Part shown: one piece after another, positions 28,557 to 40,255 of the stretch
How positions within the stretch are numbered: the first letter of the stretch is position 1
Layout: each line of letters starts with the position of its first letter
Source: Daphnia carinata
Taxonomy: Eukaryota
Length of the DNA: 64,000 nt
Direction: 5' to 3'
Assembly: GCF_022539665.2 (NCBI RefSeq)
Contig: NC_081333.1
Location: forward strand, 7,564,001 to 7,628,000
Translations under genes and position numbers: made by a program
Notes under the pieces: model-generated
What the model was told of the DNA's origin: nothing
What the model saw: the letters and a program-made list of their open reading frames with translations, nothing else
The model's database searches: none

Positions 28557-31322
28557 ATGACGACACCATCACTTAACTCTTCTCCTCCCCGCACTCGTGT
28601 TGTTGATGGTCACCAGCAGCACGACCGCTATCAGACGCGTGAGTATCATATTTCACAGCCAACCCACACATCACGACTTTTCGTTATTAAATCGTCCTCC
28701 TCCTTGGCTAAAGAAATTGAACATTATTTTTTTCTTTCGCACTATAATAATCGTCGTTTTATTCGGGAAAAAAAAAAAAGACTCGTCGCAATCTGCTAGC
28801 AGCAGTTTTAATTGTACGTCATGCTAGAACGGATTCATCAAAAGCGACAGCGGTACATGCGGTTATGAAGAGATTGCTGTGACACACGTAGAATACGAAG
28901 GGGAAAAAATAAATGTGAGCGCAAAAATATTTATCTAATAAAGAGACGCACAGAGAATAGCAAAGTGTGCGTAATGCGCCACACATCTGCCGCCTGTTGC
29001 TGATTACGTTCGGGATCTTGTTCTTCTATTCGCTATCTAGACACGACACGAAACAAGTCCAATCAGAGATTAAGTTGATTCCCCAAAGGTATTACGACAC
29101 ACACACAGAGGGAGAACATAGACGCACACATCGGCTTTCTCAAAATGTTGATGTGCATAAACTAGAGGAGAGAGAGAGACGCTATTCAATTAGAATGTTG
29201 TCACAAGTCGCTTGCAGTTTGCATAGCGACGAAAAACACACGCGTTCAGCGTGTGTGTGTGTATGTGTGTGTGTGTAGCCAATCCCCACTTCGGCAGAGA
29301 ACGGCTTCCTCTTACAAGTAGCTCCTACGTTTGATTAAAAAAGAAAAATGGGGGATGATAAAAGATGAACAACACGTCAGGAGCAGCAACAAGTATCCAA
29401 TCATTCTTCGGCTCCTTCTTTTATTTTATTTTATTTTCTTTTTTGCCTCTCAGATTTTTCAGCCAAGTTCAAAGTATAAGCCGACGCTCTGTCTCTGGGT
29501 GTGTCTGCGTGTGTGGGTTGTGTGTGTGGGTTACTATGGCTGTTCACGGTCGTCATGGTAACCACTACAATACCGCAATAATCGTTCGCTGAACCTTCAA
29601 AAGTTATATATGCCTATCGTGTCTGCTTGTCCCCCTATCCTTATTGATTCTTAATGGCGAATGCCGGTCCTTAAAGTATCGCACATTGCATAAACAGAAC
29701 CGTATAGTGTATCTTAACAAACATGACGTCCTTAATGTGATTTACCGACCTCGTGAATATTACGTTGACATCACCCCACGTCACAAAAGCTCCTTTTTTT
29801 TCGCCATTCATATTGATCAATGAGCGAGGTCTTTTTTTTTTTTTAACACAGTGTGTCTCTACGATGACCTATGTATAATACCTTGAGAACGCGAACATTC
29901 GTGATAATTCTTCTTCATTAAAAGAAAGAATGGGAGTACGAGGATAGGGTAGAAAGCGAAATTGGTTGGCTGTTCCTCATCATCCAGCTGTAGCACATTA
30001 CCTCCCATTTTTTATATATATGTATACATTTTTGGCTGCAAAAACCGTTGCGACTCGATTTCAATTATGAGAGAGCTAGACTCTCTCTCTCTCTCTCTCC
30101 AGGGGGAGGATGTGGGTGTAGGGAAAAGTCGTTCGTTTTCGAGAAAAGATTAGAGTCAAACGAGATGCATCGTATCATGCCCAGCCATGTTGAACGCATA
30201 ATAGATCGATAGACGATGGAGAAGGGGGAGGAAATTATACGAGTTTTTATATACTATTTTTTTTTGTTCTTTTTTAAGCGTTATTAGAAATTAAAAGTTT
30301 TCTTTTCTGGCTGCTTTTATTCTTTCCTTTTTTTCATTGGCTCTCTCACCTCACCTTCCCTCGTTTCATGTCTTTGACAAAGAAGATTTCGAGTTACCAT
30401 CGGACCGTGTAATAGGCTCATATCCTAATCGGATAGCTTAGCTTTCTATATTGCTCTCTTTTCTTTATCTATTTTGCTTTTTTATTTCTTTCAAATAGAT
30501 CTCGACGTGATGGCCAACGGGACTAGCTGGTTATCGGCGGAAAGGACGGCGGAAGAAACAGAAGCGGCTCACGATCTGCTCCAGTTGGCTTATTCCCTAC
30601 CACCGTTGAGTGGCGCCGATGGCTTCACTAGTCATAACGATCTCATCATTAGACCAACAAGACACACCCAAAGAGCCACTGTCTTGATGGTAGCAGAAGC
30701 CGCCGCCTTCGCCTCCAGACACCAAGACGATCCACTTCTAACTCCGCCCGTTTCCGAATCCTATTGCAGTAATTCATCTTCTTCCTCTTCATCCGATTCG
30801 GTGGATTCGGGCCGCAGTTCGCCTCAAACGCCGCTAGGAGAGCGACCGTCTCGTCGCAACAGCATCGATAATGACGGACGTCACCGACGCTACGTGTGCA
30901 ACGAATGCGGTAAGGCGTACGCGACCTCTTCCAACTTGTCGCGTCACAAGCAAACGCACCGTAATTTGGAATCGGGCGGGAGTAAACCCTGTCCGACTTG
31001 CGGCAAAACTTACGTCTCCATGCCGGCCCTGTCCATGCACTTGCTGACGCACGCCCTAACCCATGTCTGCCCGGTTTGCTCCAAGGCGTTCTCCAGGCCA
31101 TGGCTCCTACAGGGTCACATGCGTTCGCACACCGGAGAGAAGCCTTACGAATGCCACCTGTGTTACAAGGCGTTCGCCGACAGGTCCAACTTGCGCGCCC
31201 ACATGCAAACGCATTCGACCGTCAAGAGTTTCAGGTGCGGCCAGTGCCACAAAACATTCGCACTCAAATCATACCTTCACAAACATCAAGAGACTTCGGC
31301 CAATTGCTGCGTCAAGACTTGA
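28557..31322 (+). CDS. scrt: Scratch-family (Snail superfamily) C2H2 zinc-finger transcription factor, ~301 aa. Probable exons 28557-28638 and 30499-31322.
   Basis: ORF 30474-31322 encodes five fingers with Scratch signatures: YVCNECGKAYATSSNLSRHKQTH, CGKTYVSMPALSMHLLTH, FSRPWLLQGHMRSHTGEKPY, FADRSNLRAHMQTH, and a degenerate last finger CHKTFALKSYLHKHQE. The N-terminal part has ETEAAHDLL and PLLTPP. A pyrimidine-rich acceptor (tttctttcaaatag) ends at 30498 in phase 1. An upstream ATG exon 28557-28638 (MTTPSLNSSPPRTRVVDGHQQHDRYQT) ends in c|GTGAGT, also phase 1. The first exon is less certain than the main exon, and the specific scratch paralogue cannot be decided by eye. Confidence 0.93.
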
Positions 31323-32870
31323 CTGTTTACTTGATGTCTGCATGTGTATGTGTGTGTGTGTGTTTGTGATATGATCTCATTATTCCAGTCACTACAAACA
31401 GTTTGCAGTCATTCCAAATCGAGCGTGATTTTTTATTGTACTATGTATATGTGAAGACTCTTGTGTAACAGATTTCCAACCTGCGATAATCTACTTAACT
31501 GATTCACTGGCCGAGTTGAAAACAAAAGTGAAAATACTCGTATATTTTTAAGTCAATAGCCTCTGCAGCCTCTACCCTGATGTTGAAACATTACCGTGTC
31601 CATCTATTCCTCTATTCTAGTCCTCGTTTTTTTTTTATCGTGATCAGTTTCTTGTCGTCAAGACAAACAATTTCCTCTCCAGCAATATACGTATATAGCA
31701 ATCCATGATGTATGTACTTCTAGTCATATCTATTGATACTGTACGACTATTGCTATATATAACGCTGTGTGTGTACGTGTAATTGGGATGCAGTGGCATA
31801 CTGCAAGGTGTATGTCGGCACAACGAAATAATATTTCAGATCACAATAAAACAAAATAACAGAAGACGAGGAAGTGTTACAGTAATAACACAAAAAAAGA
31901 AGAAGAAGAAGAAGAACCGAGTCGCAATAAATCGTGTCAATTGCGCGGCGATTGGGCCTCTATTACATACCGTTCCCATCCAAATATTATTACTAGTTCC
32001 TGTCAGTTTATTTTTTTTCTTTTTCCTTATTTATTCCCTCCCCATTGAACATTTGTCAGCAATATGACCTCCCCAGTCAACTACCTGCCATCAAAGTTTA
32101 ATTGCCCTCCGTTAATCACCCACCTTAACCCAGACAAAACAATACATACACACGAAAAAACATTAACGAATTTTTGACGGCGAAAATATAGATTAAAGTG
32201 TTTTTTATTATTACTTACCATGTTTCCGTGTTGAAATGAAAGGATGATAACAAGCATAATGTACCGCAGTCATATTTGTTTATTTTCTGTCGGTTGTCTC
32301 GTTCCATTTTTTTTTTTCAAACCTACATCTGCCTGATGATCTCGTGACGACGGGGGGAGAAATCAACGTCCAAAATTTTATTGATGTGAATTATTTTCCA
32401 CCACGTGAAATCCGATATTCTCTTCTAAAATATAATTGCTATATAATGACACTTTCTTTTTTTTTTTTTTTTCTCTCTCGTATACCTTTCTCATCGATTT
32501 GTGTGAATCCCTTTGTCTATAATTCTTATGTGTCGCATCCCAATTCATTTTCATACACTTCTCTTGACTTGAAACAGTTTTCTTATCAATTCCGGTAGAT
32601 TATCTTCCGCGTTGATTTGAGCATCAGAACGCTACAACCGACTCTTTTTAAAAAATCAGCAGATCCGCTTTCTTGTGATCATATTAAAGGAATGCGCCCT
32701 GAATCGATTACACAGCTCAGAGAAGAAGTAAAAGATAAAAAAAAGGGGGGGGGACATTTATGGAGAGATGGATGTGCTGGATAGAGCGAAAAGTGGGAAA
32801 AGACAAAGGCTTCATGCTGTAGTGGTGTTGGTGGCTTCCGGGCGTGTTAACGAAAAACCTATTCGTCATA

Positions 32871-32873
<3 letters not shown>

Positions 32874-32903
<30 letters not shown>
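32874..32903 (+). repeat. (GT)n microsatellite
   Basis: About 15 GT units read directly. Confidence 0.9.
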
Positions 32904-32904
<1 letters not shown>

Positions 32905-35900
32905 GAGCGTTATTAACAAAAACGGTTGACGGCCTTAATTGGACCGGAATGAGAGGAGTCGGCCCAACGATTCCTTCTTTTTTTATTTCGCTTCTTCAAA
33001 AAACAGTGAAGTAGAACAAAAACGATGGAGAAAAGAAAGAAAAAAAAAGAAAACGCAGAAATATAACAATCATTTTCTAGAGTGGTGTTCATCCGACAGC
33101 GGCTTCCCCTCTTCATCAAAGTTGTTTCGCGTTATTAGGCTAAACTGTTCCATATAGAAAAACAGCGGGAAGGAAACGTTAGAGGGCGAAACAAAAGTTG
33201 AAAATGGATTTCTAATGAACGCTTTTTTTTAATCACCAGGAAACAACGTTCGGCATCAACGTCTGACATAATTTTCTTTCCGCAGGCAAATTTTTTTTTA
33301 AAGGAACGAGGAAAACGATTCATTTTCGCTATTCGTTTTTTAACGAATCAGTTTACTCATTCAAATAAATGACGAGATACAGGTCATCTAATGAAATCCA
33401 CACCACAACGACAACTAAATGTCGATGTTGTTTCCAAATATTTGTTATGCAACTACTGTCAGTATCAGTTGAAGCCATTTGTTTGCACAAAGAAATTTAA
33501 TAATTGAGTACAGTCAGCTGTACACTCGATTGGAGGTCAAGTGAGAAATGAGTTCGTGTGGGAGTGAATTGCTGATCTTGTCCTTTTATTTGCGCTGCCT
33601 ATACATCGATGTGAATTCGTCGAAATAATGTCGACGGCACTACAATGCCAGCAGGTCTCAGAGTCCGATGAGCTACCGTCAGATTCTGAGCCAGCACCTT
33701 TGTTCGTTTATGTTTAATTGCCATTCGCAGCGTAGCTCTTTTCATGTGTGAGTCAGTACAAAAGAAGAGAAACGGGCAAGAGCTGGTAGATGTGCGTATA
33801 AATGAGGCGAGTGAATACCGTAGCAGATGGGTGTGTCTGTATATGTAACAAGGAGGAAACGAGATCAGTCGCTCTTTTATGGTTCGAGCTTACACATACG
33901 TAAATGTGAAAAGACTGTGCAGCGAAGGATAAACTATTACAAGGTTCTATTCATCGCCGTCTTCCGACTTGTTAATAACCTCCGTCACCTTCTGTCGCTT
34001 CTTTTACGGTTTTCTTTTTCAAATAAAGAAACGGTGCGCTATTTAGAAAAACTGAATTCCAATCCAATGTTATCCGTAATAGTTTCATCGATAATTTCGC
34101 TTGTAAAACGAAAGATGTTCAGGTTTCGTGATGAATTTTTCGTAATATTCAAAGGGCACAGCTCCGGCAGTTGTACATTCGGCTAAAAACTTCTCAAATC
34201 AAAATCTAATAGCCACCAGCTTCGATTGAATTGCGTTTTAGACGTGATCGAAAGTAAAGCGTCGTCAACATCTGACTGCCTAGGCAGGGAAGCGAAAAGG
34301 CCAATACGGATGGCAAACAAAGAGGAAAACGACGTGGAAAGTGCTGAACTGTCATAGCAAAATGCGTCCACTTGACACGGAGAAGGGAAGAGGCTGTGCA
34401 AACAAAAGACCTCAACCTCCGTCTCCTTATAGTCCCAATGTATACACTACATGCCTACGATATATAGACTGTGCACATGTATTTATTGAGATACGGCGGA
34501 AAGAGGGAAAAGTGCAGCGTCGCAGTACAAGTGTTGTCCCAATAATAGCGGAGAATAACGCCAAGTGCACGTGTTTCACAGCCTTTCTTTTTTTTTTTTA
34601 CTTGGGCTCAAACGCAATCTGCCGACTGGAAAAAGAACATTGACAACTAATAATCGACGTATTGCCATACGCTTAAGAACAGTATAATAACACCAAAAAG
34701 AAAGAGGAGTGCTTTCTCTATTCTGATATGTGTGCGTATGTATATGCAGGGTACAGCTTGCCTATTATGCGGCAACCAATAGCGATGAAGACTGTGGCGG
34801 CCTATTTGAATTCTGTTTTATTCATAAGGGGTTGTCTATAGGATGCGGGGCAGTTTGCCATCCACACACAGAAAAAAAAAAAGAGTGGCTCTGATAACGT
34901 CCCAACAACCTCCCCCCCCCCCCCCCCCCTTCTCAAAAAAACTCTAAAAGGGCGGGCAAGTCAAAAACTTTCTGTAAAGACGAAAGATCATTCAAATTGG
35001 ATTGGGTATATATGTGCACCAGACGTTGCATCGGCGTCTAGTTTCAGCCCGATACATCGGGTTACTATATTCTATTATAATGCACATGTATATACTTGCC
35101 CGACCCGAGTTTTTCAATCGAATAACAAAAAAGGGAATTCGATTTCGAGGGCGGGCGAATCGTCAATTGGAATCAACTTAAAACAGGAGATCCGTTCGAC
35201 CTAGAAAAACGTAATTCTCTTAAAGCAGCTGTATCATGGCATTTGGGATTCTGCCGTTTCACATGACAAGAGTTTCAATCTGTCTTTTACAGTCTATATA
35301 TGCCTTTCATCCCACAAAGCATTCGGCCTTAAAGGGGGGACGCCCAACTTAGACCTTTCGTATTCTTTATTTCTCTTTTTTTTTCGGCAGATTATCACGA
35401 ATGAATGATGAAGACACAGTGAGAAATCCACGATATAAGACTCAAAATGTAGTTTTTCTCCATTTATTTCTTATGTGTCCCGTGTTGCGCACGCTGAACA
35501 CACTGTACTGCATAACTATTTCAGCCAAAAATAAAAATAGAAGGAGAAAAGAAAAATGAGAGAGAAAGATCTGCATGTTCGGTGAATCGTTAAGAAACTC
35601 TCAAAACCACTCCCAGGGTTTTGCAGACGATATAAAGCTGATCATGAAAAATGGCTCCTAACCTCTTCCTAACCAGATTTTTATGGGAGAATGCGGAGAA
35701 ACTTGTCTGATCTCTTTCCGGGATATGCACAAAGTTCACGACATTTTGAAAAGGAATAAAAAAAAGAAGAGAAAAAAAAACTAAGGAAGAAGGGGGAGGA
35801 ATGAAGAGCTTATACGTTTCCTACAAGTATCTCGCAGAAGCGAATTACTGTGGAGTAGTAACAGCTGTATTTGAAACATAGGCGATCCACATATCAAACG

Positions 35901-38900
35901 ACATCCATCATTTTAAGGCACTAGGGATCGATCACAACCAATCGAGGACGCACGCAATGTCGTCGGCAGTGTGTCTGTGTGTGTGGACGGTGTAGGTGGA
36001 TGCAGTAAAATAGAGGGCACGACGAGGAAGGAGGTGCCGACTCAACATCAAAAGGCAAAGCAATTAACACACGAAAGCTGGCGTAATTGGTTACTTGGCA
36101 AGAGTTTGATAAGACATTAGCCCACGGCTGGAGGCGGACCATTCCGGCAGTTTGACTCCACAAATAACTCGGAAATCCTTCCTAAAATTCGACAGCCAAA
36201 ATAAACGAAAAGAGTCAAAGCGAATCTTCCATTCTCGTTGAATACATTGTATCACAAAAAGTACTTGACGCGTTTGAATGTGATGCGTTTGTGGGTGTGT
36301 TAAATCTTGTTTGCGCTGGACGCGGACGCCCAGTCGTAATCTGTCGCTAGCAGAAAGAAACCACTGCTTCATTCGCTTTGAAAGCGCACTAGCCGCAAAA
36401 CTGCCAAGAGAGAGAGCCAGAAATTCAAAAGTTAACTGCATCTAAACGTGGTCGCATGGTGCTTTAGTCGTGGTGACCGTATCTCATCACCAGGCGCTTT
36501 ATGCATGCGTGTCGTCTTTAAAAGAAAAAAACTTGTTCCAGCTCTCGTCGTCCCTCCCCATAACATTATACGTAAAAAAAGCTGAAAGTTGCTGCGGATC
36601 TCTCAGCTTTTTTCAGTTGTGTCACACGCACTACGCGGACGAGCCCCGGCAACAGCCCGGATCGTAATTGATGTGTATATGTTATACAGATACCCACTGC
36701 TAGATGCGAAAAAAGACCCTCCTTCAACGACATATACATCCACGATGCAAATATTGTAATCTACACATTGAATAGGTACTTTTTGACCTGTACTTCCCCC
36801 ACCACCACTCTGTATTTTTTTTTTCTCCCCCTCATAGATTTGCAGTTGGGCACACGCTCAGCTCCGGATGACTGTGACGACATCTACAATGCAAACGGGT
36901 TCCATAGCGTGCCTCTGTATGGTGATTTGTGTTTTCCGGTGTGTTGTAGTTTCCAGAGGGTAGAGGGGTTAGAGTCTTGCTCGTTCATCATCGTGCGTCC
37001 CACGTCAATCTGAGGTACCTCCGTGACACGTCTTCTTTCAGTTGTTATTTGTGTACATAGTTTCCTGCCCTGTACCTTTTTAGCTCTCAACGTCAACAAA
37101 AAACAACAAAATAAATAACGAAGCAAAATACCCGACCAAGCGCATACCACACTATTTCTCCCCGCTGCCAGAAAAACAGCAACAAATTAAAAACGGGATT
37201 CGATGATTAATGAATTATTCATTTTCGAGAGATGCGTGGAATGCCAAAGTGAAAAAAAAAAAACTCTTCTCCCGTTCTCGCGTGGTATAACGAAATATCG
37301 AACCAAGAGAAATATTTTGGTTAAAAAAAAAAAGAAGTAAAAAGTCCAGGAGGGAAGGCAATGTTCGATTGCGGAGCAATGGTGGAACGCCAAACTATTT
37401 GGATCGATATTTTATATAGCCCTCCAACGCTCCTCGCTCCTTCCGCTTTAAAGCATTCGTCCATTTGAAATCGATTTTATGTTGGCTACCCATCATCAAA
37501 ATGTTTGAGAGATTTTCTGCAACTAGCCGACGGGAATTCAACGCCCACCTTTTCGATCGATCGACCCTTTCAAATCCACTTTTTTTTTTACCTTTGGTTT
37601 TGATTTCCCTCCCCCTTCTCTTTGCCTTCCTCAGAATATTATTCTGCACGCACGTTCAACATGTTGAGGCTTCAACCGGTGTGATTCATTGAGGTTGTAC
37701 AATCACGGCGGTGGCGGTGCACACACGGCGAGAATGGTAACATCAAACAAGTGAGACGAAAACACAAAATGAGGTAGTACCTACATCTACACGTACGTCA
37801 TCCTCGTCGACGAGTTGGATGGGCGGGTAGGTGAGTCGAGGGGGGGTATTTTTAATGAGGTCGTCGCTAGCGTCGGATTCATTAAGCACTAACTGAACAA
37901 GGTAGGGAAGTGAAGAAAAAACATGGACTCTGTTCTATCCAGCTGATGCTGTTTGCACAACGATGGCGTACTTAACGGTTCAAACATATGCGCAATACTT
38001 GGAATACTATGGGAAAGACAACTGAGGAAAAAGGAATGAAAAAAAATGAACTAAATATGTAAGGGACATTCACGTCCCTTTTAATTAAATTGGAGGATGT
38101 ACCGAGAGAAAGAGAGAGAGAGAGAGAGCAATAGCCAAGTGTTCCACACTTAACGTTATTACAACAACTCTTGTTTGTAGACTCCATTAAAAACAGTCGA
38201 ACCCGACGACTCATCCCATATAAACTAACGAGCCATTTAATTTCTGTTTTTTTACTTTTATTTTACTGCGTTTCAGTGAAATTTACGTTATCTAGGTTAT
38301 TCAATGTTCCCAGCTTGCAAACTGTCAATCACCCCCTCATCAGGACAGTTATTTTAATCCGAAACGAAGAAGTTTACTAACGTAACATTTTATTATATCA
38401 TTTAAAGAGATGAAAACTGTTGTTTACATGGCGGAAAGAAGACTGTCATGATCAGTTTGATGAACTTGTCTTTCGGAAATCGTGTTTGGGAGCCAACAAG
38501 TCTTTGTCGAGATCAGAGATCACAGGGACACTTATAAATCTTACAACACATGTGAACTCGTTTGCCGTCTCTATGGTAGAGCACATGTGGCTGATTTTAC
38601 CTGGGAAAGGCATGCGATTCTCTAATATCAAATTTCACAACTTGTTTGATCTCGCAGGGAGAAACTGGAAAACACTTTCGCGGCAGCAACATCTCCGCTG
38701 TGTTCGCCATCGATCTCCAAGCGTGGGGTGCATTGGTTTACCCTTGAAAACTGTCTTTTTCTAAACTCCAATTGTTTCAGTTCCGAAAATTTGTACTTGT
38801 TTAATGAAACTTTGTTATGCGAAAAGAAAGCAACGTGCGCAGTTTCGAGAGCACGGCATATCGTAGACAGAAAGAGGTTTTTTTTTAACGTGAGAATATA

Positions 38901-39221
38901 ATGGAAACGGAAAAATTAATTCGTTTATTTCGAATGCGGCGGATTGTTATACAATCACAAGTCGAACTGATGATGAACCGGGAAAAATTTCAGTTTATTT
39001 CCAACCGGAACGGAAACAATTATTGACTTGTAAATGACAAAGATAGACGCATTTGTTACCTAACGTTTTATGGCACATCCTTACAACTTGAGAAAAGGTA
39101 GAGATTCCTTTGTCGCATGAACAATTTTGTGGAATCGTTAGAAAAAAAAAGGCGTCGAACTCAAGTCACGTTCGCATGAAAGGTAATATTGCAATGGTAG
39201 CGTTGAAGTCGGCTGGATATG

Positions 39222-40255
39222 TCATTCTTTCATGATGTGGTATCGAGCAGTATCCGCTTCCGCCAACTGGATGACTTCCTCTAAACTGGGCTGCGTAAGA
39301 AAGGAAATAGAATAAAATTCTGGAAGATGAAAGTCACACGCAATGAAAACTCGATGATTACTTGATGCAAGCCACCAAGTCGTCGGATAAAACAGAGACG
39401 TTCTTCGTTACAAAAGAGTGGATGTATGGGAGTTGTGGGGGTCAACGATAATTTGCACGCGGGGTCCCATGGAAAGACTTCAATTTCAATTACATATAAT
39501 GGAGCTAATATGCCCTACAAAGAAAAATCATCATTGATTGGTTATAAGGCAGGCTTCAAGAAAAAAAGCTATTTCATACAAAGTCATGTTGTGCTGCAGC
39601 ATCCCTGTCACACCTGTGTAGATTAAATATTGTATTTTGGTAACAAAAGGCTATTGTAATCACTTGACTCTTACCAGCAATATTTGGATGTCCTCAAAAT
39701 ATGAGGTGTGTTCCTCTGTTCATGATTTACAGGATGAGCTGTGATTTCCGGAATATGGTTGACATCTGTAACTACAGGAAAAAAATGGACAGTGTACATG
39801 CTGGGATCAACAGGAGGTTCGAATCTTGAAAAAAGGTCTTGAACTGAGAGCAGAACATGGTCTTTTTGATAGTTTGTTAGACGGATTCCTTGGACATCTC
39901 CGTTATCTGTCACTCCACAGTAGACAACACCTCCAGCTCCTGTGTTAAGGAACCCACACAGATTCCTAGAATAAGCAATCAGTAGCCATTACAAGGGATA
40001 TTAATATAATGGGATTAGACACATACCTTGATATGGGCCTCTGAGTTCTATTGATAATGGCTGCTTGTGGAATGTCATCTTTAGAAAAATTACGGTGACC
40101 TTTAAACTCGTGCAGCAGATCCTCCTCGACCGTGAGTCTTTCCCCCTTGACATACACTCTTCTCTTGTAAGCATTACTTTCACTGCTGGAAACAAAGAAT
40201 ACCTTGAGCTGCATAATCAGATAAACCTAAATGAAAACTTGTACCTGGAGGCCAT
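39222..40255 (-). CDS. Standalone Schlafen/AlbA_2-domain protein (SLFNL1-like), ~238 aa, 6 exons: 40255-40245, 40185-40027, 39965-39675, 39613-39580, 39514-39362, 39290-39222.
   Basis: The exons join through GT-AG introns of 59-71 nt with compatible phases (717 nt total). The translation contains VEEDLLHEFKGHRN...ISRNLCGFLNTGAGGVVYCGVTDNGDVQGI...LYVIEIEV...CFIRR. This matches the ExxxxEFK / (A/G)FLNxxGGxxxxGVxDxG / VIEI pattern of the Schlafen AlbA_2 core. Confidence 0.85.

Noticed and set aside
31320..31334. TGA-C stop context of scratch as a readthrough candidate
   Set aside because: Another in-frame TGA follows after three codons.
30649..31374. Overlapping alternative-frame and antisense ORFs over scratch
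   Set aside because: Shadow ORFs of a GC-rich coding exon; only one frame has recognisable motifs.
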